Assembly (NCBI GenBank): GCA_964016885.1
Contig: OZ024743.1
Span: forward strand, 108,004,001 to 108,068,000
Direction of reading: 5' to 3'
Origin: Eledone cirrhosa
Lineage: Eukaryota
Length of the DNA stretch: 64,000 nucleotides
Shown here: positions 55,210-64,000 of the stretch, piece after piece
Layout of the letters: each line of letters starts with the position of its first letter
Numbering within the stretch: the stretch's first letter is position 1
Made by a program: the position numbers and the translations under genes
Notes under the pieces: model-generated
Seen by the model: the letters and a program-made list of their open reading frames with translations, nothing else
Database searches by the model: none
Told to the model about the DNA's origin: nothing

Positions 55210-56708
55210 TTACTGCTGTTTTTTTCTGTTACCATTACTACGTAACACTAAAGCCACTAATATTCTCCGAACATGCAAAGATGTGTGTGGTTATTCGAAT
55301 TGCTATTATGGTCAGCGAATTTCCCTTAAATAACACCCTTCTTTAACTCAGTATTGTTGGAGAAATATGATGTGATGGTCATGGTTGAAATGCCTTTGTT
55401 CATATGCGCCAATTATATTACCTGTGACTTGATAAAGACAAAACAATTATACCATGCTCATATATAAACAGTATCATCAGAATCACATCTAATCCCATAT
55501 CACAGTATGATACCCCAACAACAACACACACATTTACATAGTCATCATCACCAACAACATCAATGTATACTGTTAACAAGACAATCATAAAAAAAAATCT
55601 CACCACCGATCAATACACCATAACTATGTAGATTTACTATCATTAGCCTCCCATATACACACGACGACGACGACTACCACCACCACACTACATTACACAT
55701 CACCCCAAACACCATCATTACACTCACCATAACACTCTACACTACACAACTATGTATATCTCTGCAATCACCAAGTTCACAACTACACCTTCACGACAGC
55801 ATGTCACTATCAGCATCACCACCACGAACAGCACTATCTTTATTATGACTATACCACCCCACATTACACCTATTTATATACGATCACCAGAATTATATCT
55901 ACACCTACATCACAACACAATATCAACGCTACCAGCAACAGAACATCAATAAATGCAATTGCCAATGCCACTACCACCATACCTACCCACATTATACTAC
56001 ACCTATCATCTGAATCATATTTTCGCACACACCACAGCACAACACTAACAACAACACCAACAAGATCATATTTCCTTGTCAACACTATCACACTTCCCTT
56101 GACTAAACCACAATTATATATGGGTACTATCATCAAAACAATATATCACATCTACAACCAACGACATCAATCTACCACAATTATTACCTCAAGCACCCAC
56201 ACTCTTATTACTATTCACACTACCATTCAAGATATAATCAGACCGCACCATTCCGCACCATACCAAAACCATATATCAGAAATATTACCGGAATTCCATC
56301 AACAGCAAGAACAACCACCACCTACACTACATCCAATCAAATACCACCAACCTCACTACCACCACTACGAAAACTACTCCCACACATAAGCCGCTCGTCC
56401 GCCAACTTCACCGTATTCTCTCTATACTATAATTCCCATACCACTACTCTACTAAGCTGCTTCCCAAACATCATAGCCTAACCCGTAGCGAGATTTAAAT
56501 CTCTTCCAATCTCACGATCTCCCTTTCTCTCTCTGTCGATATACATATATATAAATGTATATATACAGAGACAGAAAGGGGTGACTCAGATGTGGGATTA
56601 CTATGCACATCAGTTTTCTCTCCCTCGTTGGAGACTCATACTAATGAGGGTCTTACTAAGAACATACAATATCATTCATCTTTCCAGCTAATTCTCAATC
56701 TCAACAAA

Positions 56709-56780
<72 letters not shown>

Positions 56781-57858
56781 GCCTATCTGCCTGTATATCT
56801 CCAGCCATTTATTCTATCTACATTTTCTCTCTCCCTCCTTTCCGACAGTCTTCTATTATTTTCTGTCATTCTCAATCTTTCTATCCTCTCTGTATCTTTC
56901 TTTGCCACAGTTAATAGCTAGCCCAATCTCTTAATATATCATGTTGGCCATATTGCTACCTCATTTATATATTGTTTTATATCATAGTCTGTTTTTCAGC
57001 TTCCATATCACACACGACACGTTTCTTTTATTCAACATGTGTATATGTATATGGCAGCCTTTTTGTATATATGTGTGCGAGTGTTAACTCTCTATATATA
57101 TAAATATCTAAGAGCGTATGTGTAAGTTTATATGTGTGTACGTGCGTGTTATGTCTCCAAGGCTGTGTGTTTTACGTACCTGTTTACGTTCATATATATG
57201 AGTGTACGTGCTTATATGTCTACTAATAGGCAAAAGTATGTCTGTGTGGCATGTCTATGTCTCCATGTGTGTATGTAAACGATAATTACAAACCTGTTGC
57301 TAGAATGTGTATTACATCTACTTTTATCTACGTAACTGTACTCATTAAGAATGGATTTTAAATTGATTTACCAAACCTTGTTTGTTTTAGCTTTCAGAGC
57401 TAAGGCCAAATACGAAAGCCAACTAGGAATCTTCTAATAAGCCAAATGAACTGCTAGAAACGGTAGCCAAATATAACTTATGACACACCTTCCCATCTAA
57501 AAAAGTGAACTATACATTGGATAAAGTAGCCCAAAATACACAACGCTTAAAAAGATTGTCTATGACGGCCATTGCTTAAACGCCTTTGATCACAAGTCAA
57601 TGTTCACAAGTCTAACCTAGGGTTAAGAAATAAAAACAACTTACATGAGAATCAGGTTGTTCATTAAACCTTCTTGTTGGTTTAAGTCAGTGTTTCTCAA
57701 AGGGGTTAGTGATCCCTCTTTGGGGGACATTTTAGAACGTTTTGGGTGCAGTTTCTTAAAATTAAAATACCAGACATATCTATATTGGATATATGTGTAA
57801 CGGGGTGGTGAGGCGTGTATTGATCGTTTTGCAAGATCAGAAGCCTGCGTTTACGCAT

Positions 57859-57911
<53 letters not shown>

Positions 57912-58983
57912 TATATATATATATATATATATATATGCCAGAAGTTACTCAAGAGCCTTGAATTTCGTGGCTATGGACCTGTACACACTCACACACAAAC
58001 ATATGTGAATATATATATGAGTGTGTGTGTTAATTTATACAAACATAATGCATGTATGCTTATTTATGAATACATGTGTGTTGGAGCATCCGTTGGTGCG
58101 TTTGTAGGCGAGATATTATCTGGGAAATATAATATGACTACTATAATTTTTGTATCAAACTTCTTGCGGATTAATAATAATTAAATGATGATATTGATAG
58201 TATTTATATTTACTTCACTAATTCTTGTTGATGATTGTGATATTCAGACTGATGTTTCAGTTATTGTTGTTCGTTAGCCTCAGGCCTTCACTGATCGTGC
58301 AAATCTATGATAAAATGCTATTCCATCTATGATCATCTTGTTAGTAGATCAACGACTATATTTTCAAGTAAGACTTACCAACTATTTTTGCAGGTTGTGA
58401 AACAATTTAGTGTCATTTATTGCGATCTTATTGTTTACTTTGATTTACCTCTGATCATGTACACCTATTATTAATGACACTATAGAAATCATTATAAGAA
58501 ACACCATAGCCGTGATCATCTCATGTTTTTCCTTTGACCAGGAAACCCAGGACCACAGTATAAAATATATTCATACGGTAGTGAGCGAGCTGTGAAAGAG
58601 CTAGCTTCTATTTCTAGCAGGTCTCGTGGCCATATAAGGGTTTCTTTGTCAGTTGGTGTGTCATGAGGTTGTTGTTGTTATTGTCTATAGCTATGAATCG
58701 ATACATTTAATAAGTACATTGCGGGGGCAACTTTACCAGTGGTAAGTGGTTACCGACTTCACACTTTCTTTCGAATAGTACACCTAAACACAAACATGCA
58801 TGGACAAACACACACACACACACACATTCACACACAAATGTATACTCACGTACACACATACACGCGACCTAACAAACAATTCTACAGGCTGAATCTCTTT
58901 AATTATTAAGGTGACCGCACCTAGTCACACGAATATTTATGTATATTTACACACGTTTGTATATATATCTATATATATACATA

Positions 58984-59017
<34 letters not shown>

Positions 59018-59052
59018 ATAGAATAGAAATATATATATATAATAGAATATAA

Positions 59053-59086
<34 letters not shown>

Positions 59087-60017
59087 GAACATATATATAT
59101 ATAAACACTTGATTTGTCCTTAAATATCATGTCTAGACATACATTAAAAATAGATCATTTATTTCATCCAATGTCCTTATGTTTTCTCTTGCTTTTTTTC
59201 TGGCTTGATAGTTGGACTCTCGATTGTTCTCTACTTCCTCGGCTACTGCGTTTCCTTCCTTTTACTATACGTCAACCAGTGTATTTATATATGTACGTAA
59301 CACACACACATATATATATATACATATATATATATATGTGTGTGTGTGTGTATCTCTCTATATATACATACATACATAATTTTATTTGTGTGTATCTTAA
59401 TTCCTTCTCACGCAAGCAACATATATATATATATATATATGAATCTCTTTATCTAAATGGCAAATTGATACGATTTACGATAGATATTTATGGCTCTCCT
59501 TATGTTTGCGTTTATTTATCCAGATATCAAATATCCCTTATTAGTTTCCTCCCTAATTTCTCTGTCTTTCTCGATACAAATCTTCATCCGCATTCGTATT
59601 TGTTGCCACTTATATATTTTTTTCACCTGTTTCTCCCCTCCCAATCCACCGCTCTCGACCATAGCTTTATTTAAGATTCTTCCAGTCATCACTTTAAATG
59701 TGACGCTGTATTCTTTACGCTTTAACATTTAATTTACACCTGGATTTTTCAAATTCACTTTCATATTAGCGTGCTCAATCATGCTAATTGTAAGCGTCTT
59801 TCTCAACTATTTTCCTATCAATACCAATCTATGTAGCTATCTATCTACTATCTATCTGACAATACATCATTCTCTCTATCACAAACACATTTGTTTACGT
59901 GTATATGTGGCTGCATGTTTGTCTATATATATATATATATATATACATACTATTTTACCTGTTCCAGCCATCCGAATGAGGCCATCCACACAGACACACA
60001 AACACACACACATACAG

Positions 60018-60055
<38 letters not shown>

Positions 60056-60181
60056 TGAACTCGGCGTTATTAATTAAACGTGTCTCAATGTTTCTGCTGA
60101 CTCACTTCATATTCAGAGGAAGGATAGTGGGCAATATTCTGAGACCAGTTTTTGCGCGTTCACACCCACCCACACATATCC

Positions 60182-60225
<44 letters not shown>

Positions 60226-60369
60226 TCCTGCATGCGTTCATATACACTCGCATCTATTAAAGCAGTCTCTATACCACTGTTGCACGATATGCATATGCAT
60301 GATTAAATGCAATTGACTGTACATGACGTTTATGCAAATACAGTACTGAGACGTACACATACACACACA

Positions 60370-60415
<46 letters not shown>

Positions 60416-60703
60416 CACACTGGCACATTCATACATGCGTGTGTAATTTGACGCCAATATTCTCGGAAACCCGCTCTTGGTATTTTTGTGTGAGCTTATG
60501 TTCTATACCGTAACTCATTTTACCTGAAGTATTCTGGGTAATATCGTGGTACTTCTTTTTGCAGGGACAAATACCACAATACCATTAAATTAACAGAAAC
60601 ATAAACAACTGATAAAAGTAACGCTACTAATACCAATAATATAAAAATATTCATACATGGATCTTTCTATTTTAAGGGAGCAATGCATGAAATAAATAAA
60701 TAA

Positions 60704-60787
<84 letters not shown>

Positions 60788-61159
60788 TTATGTGTCTGTG
60801 TGTGTATATATGTATGTATATATATATATACATATTTACACACCTTTTTTAATATCTTTTAAAAATCGTTTTGTCGTTATTGGTTACTAAAACGTCTTCT
60901 GGTCCTCATTCTCCTCCTTGTCTATTATTTTTTTCTTGTTGTTGTACTATTCCCCCCCCCCCCACCCAGCTCTTGGTTTCTTTTTGATAGTTAAGAAAAT
61001 AAATACCTTCAACCTCATTCGTTACCTATTTAGTCTCCAATACCGACAACAACAACATTTACAATGAAACGGCTACTACAGCAACAACATTATCATTATC
61101 ATCAGTTTTAACTTATGCACTCACCAATCCCACAACACTAACGACATTATGATGTGGAT

Positions 61160-61543
61160 TGGCGGTGGATTGGCAGTATCGGTTAGGGTTGGACGCCATG
61201 CTTTGCAGCAGGGAGTTACGGGCCTTTACGATCTGAGTTCAAATCCCGCCGAGGTTAACTTCGCCTTTCATCCTTACGGGGTCGATAAAATAAAGTACCA
61301 GTAATGCACTGGGATAATTTCTAGCCTTGTGTCAATAGTAGAAACAATTATTATGTGGATTGGCAGTATCGGTAGAGGATCAGACGCCATGCTTTGCAGC
61401 AAATATTTACGGCCATTTATGATCTAAGTTCAAATCCCACCGAGGTTAACTTTGCCTTTCATCCTTACGGGGACGATAAAATAAAGTACCAGTAATGCAC
61501 TAGGTAATTGCTAGCCTTGTGCCAAAAGTAGAAACACTTATTA
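61160..61543 (+). mobile_element. SINE S1 dimer
   Basis: Two near-complete copies (61160-61352 and 61355-61543). ATGTGGATT is duplicated on both sides of the first copy. Confidence 0.93.
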
Positions 61544-61912
61544 TAAACAGCAGTGAAAAATATATTAATGGTTGTTTTTTACTCTAACAGCCGAATGAAA
61601 TTTAACCCTTTATTTGGATTAACAGAGACTATTCTAGAATTGTGGAAGCCTGGTTTCAGTGAGTCTTCTATCAACACGAAGTCTCAAGCTAAGAACTTAG
61701 GAAAACATTTCCCCTATCAACAAAACCCCCAAACATCAGCCCCTAAGGCTGGCTTCCGACAGCCTTAAAACTAATTGAACTCTAGTTGCTTGTATGAAAT
61801 TTCTACTTTCTCAACCATGATTTTTACCTCTCTTGTCCACTTATTCCCATATACACACCTTATACACGCTACACTTTATCATCCCTTTATTGTCTATACA
61901 AAATACACAAAC

Positions 61913-61975
<63 letters not shown>

Positions 61976-62062
61976 TGTAAAAGGTAACAGAAATAACAAC
62001 ACAATCGGTACAGTACATGGAAGTCATATATTAGGTTAACGCTTGATATAGCAGGAAGAGGG

Positions 62063-62098
62063 TCTCAATGTTTCGGACGCTAGTCCTTCATCAGAAGA
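62063..62098 (-). ncRNA. Minimal hammerhead motif in a PLE-like terminus running to (TA)n at 61971
   Basis: TCTT-CTGATGA-A-GGAC-tagc-GTCC-GAAAC-ATT-GAGA. The triplet has probably decayed from GUH by CpG loss. Confidence 0.65.
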
Positions 62099-62631
62099 AA
62101 GAATGAGAAATAGATTGAGGGCACGGCAGGGTTGGATTGGAACAAATGTCTTTAGATAAAAATAACAGGTCCATTCATGTTGACATCTTTTGCAAAACTG
62201 TTGGTGCTGGCGTTTTGTGTATGATTTATTTTTTTAGAAAAGTGGATGATGGAGCGCGTCCTCCTAGAATGGAAAAAAAAAACACCGTTAAATACATATA
62301 TATATATATGGGGGGGGGGGGGTATATATGTGTGTGTGTGTGTGTGTTTGTGTGTGTGTTTAAAACAAGAGACAAGAGACATGGAAAGAAAGAAAGAGGA
62401 AGTTCCTATATGTAGCTTTGTATGTTTCAATATCGAAGTTGAAAGGGCAGGCTTCAGATCTTAGTCCGTGATAATTGATAAATTCCTTAAGTGACTAAAA
62501 GCAATTATATATAGAGCAAGCTACATTTTTCTGTATTCTGACTGTCGAACTAACACATGTGAAGTACAAAATAGCAGATAGAGATGGAATAGTGAAAACA
62601 CACGAGACAAGAAGACAATACACACACACAG

Positions 62632-62711
<80 letters not shown>

Positions 62712-62907
62712 TGTTCTTGTGTACGTGTGTCTATATATACAATGTATATATACAAATTACAACATATTCTCATTGACATTTGATCCAACGATTACGTAAG
62801 TCTTTACGAGTTTGTATATACACACACACGCACACAAACGCGTGCACACATCTTTCTTTGTCCTTTATGTTTCACTCTTTCTGTATGTTTGTATATATGT
62901 ATAAATA

Positions 62908-62943
<36 letters not shown>

Positions 62944-62947
<4 letters not shown>

Positions 62948-63131
62948 AACCAGTAAGACCCCGACAGCTGAGCTCAAGCCGTTTCGACGGCTAATTCTCA
63001 GAATTAGCCGTCGAAACGGCTTGAGCTCAGCTGTCGGGGTCTTACTGGTTCCTATTACCCACTCTACTACCTCAAGTATTGAGTACTTTGGTGCGTTATG
63101 GTCCACCTGGTTCCTTACCACATTTCCTTCG

Positions 63132-63133
<2 letters not shown>
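62944..63133 (+). mobile_element. Family A PLE-like hairpin, copy 4
   Basis: Perfect palindrome 62944-63054 centred on 62999. Tail 63055-63133. (TA)n on both sides. Confidence 0.88.
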
Positions 63134-63181
<48 letters not shown>

Positions 63182-63391
63182 CAATATGTTGAAAAGGTAA
63201 CACACCAGAGAGAGATATACAGTGCGTTATCAATAAAAAAGGGAAAAAAACCACCAGTGTTATGGAATCTAAAACCTATGAAAGGCAGACTATAGACACG
63301 ATAATTAAAAATATAAATTAAGGCGTAAATAAATACCTCTATAACTATATAACACAGGGAATAGCGAGGGCCTATGCCTCCGTTAATTTAT

Positions 63392-63432
<41 letters not shown>

Positions 63433-63530
63433 TGTGTGTATATATACATATTTTCCTATATATATATACATATAAAAATATATATATATATATGTATATA
63501 TATATTCATATATATATATACATATATAAA

Positions 63531-63616
<86 letters not shown>

Positions 63617-63636
63617 TGTATATATGTGTATATATG

Positions 63637-63696
<60 letters not shown>

Positions 63697-63790
63697 TATA
63701 TATATATATATATATTCATATATACAAACATACAGAAATATATATATATATATATACATATATATACATATATCTATATATATATGTATA

Positions 63791-63982
63791 TAGGAGAAAG
63801 TATGAACCCGACGGCAGAGCTCAAGCCGTTTCGACGGCTATTTCTGGAGTAAATAGCCGTCGAAACGGGTTGAGCTCTTCCGTCGGGGTCATACTTGCTC
63901 CTATTCCCCACTCTACTACCCCAAGTATTGAGTACTCTGGTGCGTTATGGTCCATCTGGTTCCTTACCACAACTCCTTCGTT
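63791..63982 (+). mobile_element. Family A PLE-like hairpin, copy 5
   Basis: Palindrome 63791-63903 with loop 63844-63850. Tail to 63982. (TA)n on both sides. Confidence 0.88.
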
Positions 63983-64000
63983 ATATATGTATATATATAT

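Noticed and set aside
57688-57730. CAGTGTTTCTCAA hAT-like terminal motif (similar at about 42227 and 45750)
   Set aside because: No matching partner TIR or 8-bp TSD was found.

Overview
This window is AT-rich, microsatellite-saturated, non-coding animal DNA. The SINE families resemble, from recall and unverified, those of octopod cephalopods, and the region is probably a giant intron or intergenic. No intact protein-coding gene is visible, and nearly all ORFs in the track are translations of (TA)n, (CA)n, (GA)n or trinucleotide repeats. Recognisable transposon fossils are three RTE-clade LINE RT fragments, two RTE-derived bipartite elements, a mariner transposase, a Helitron helicase 3' end, more than 20 tRNA-derived SINE copies and CORE-type SINEs. 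The main signal is about a dozen asymmetric fold-back (palindromic) inserts from at least 7 unrelated sequence families. Almost all sit inside (TA)n tracts, each has a short arm plus a long arm with a 30-170 nt unpaired tail, and many carry type I hammerhead ribozyme (HHR) motifs. This is the geometry expected of Penelope-like element (PLE) pseudo-LTR insertions. One family (5 copies) has a fully base-paired HHR with a U3-A8 core covariation and folds back repeatedly at the same helix of the ribozyme. A strong AG|GTAAGT recursive-splice or micro-exon candidate lies at 27564. All structures were read by eye; no folding or database search was run.
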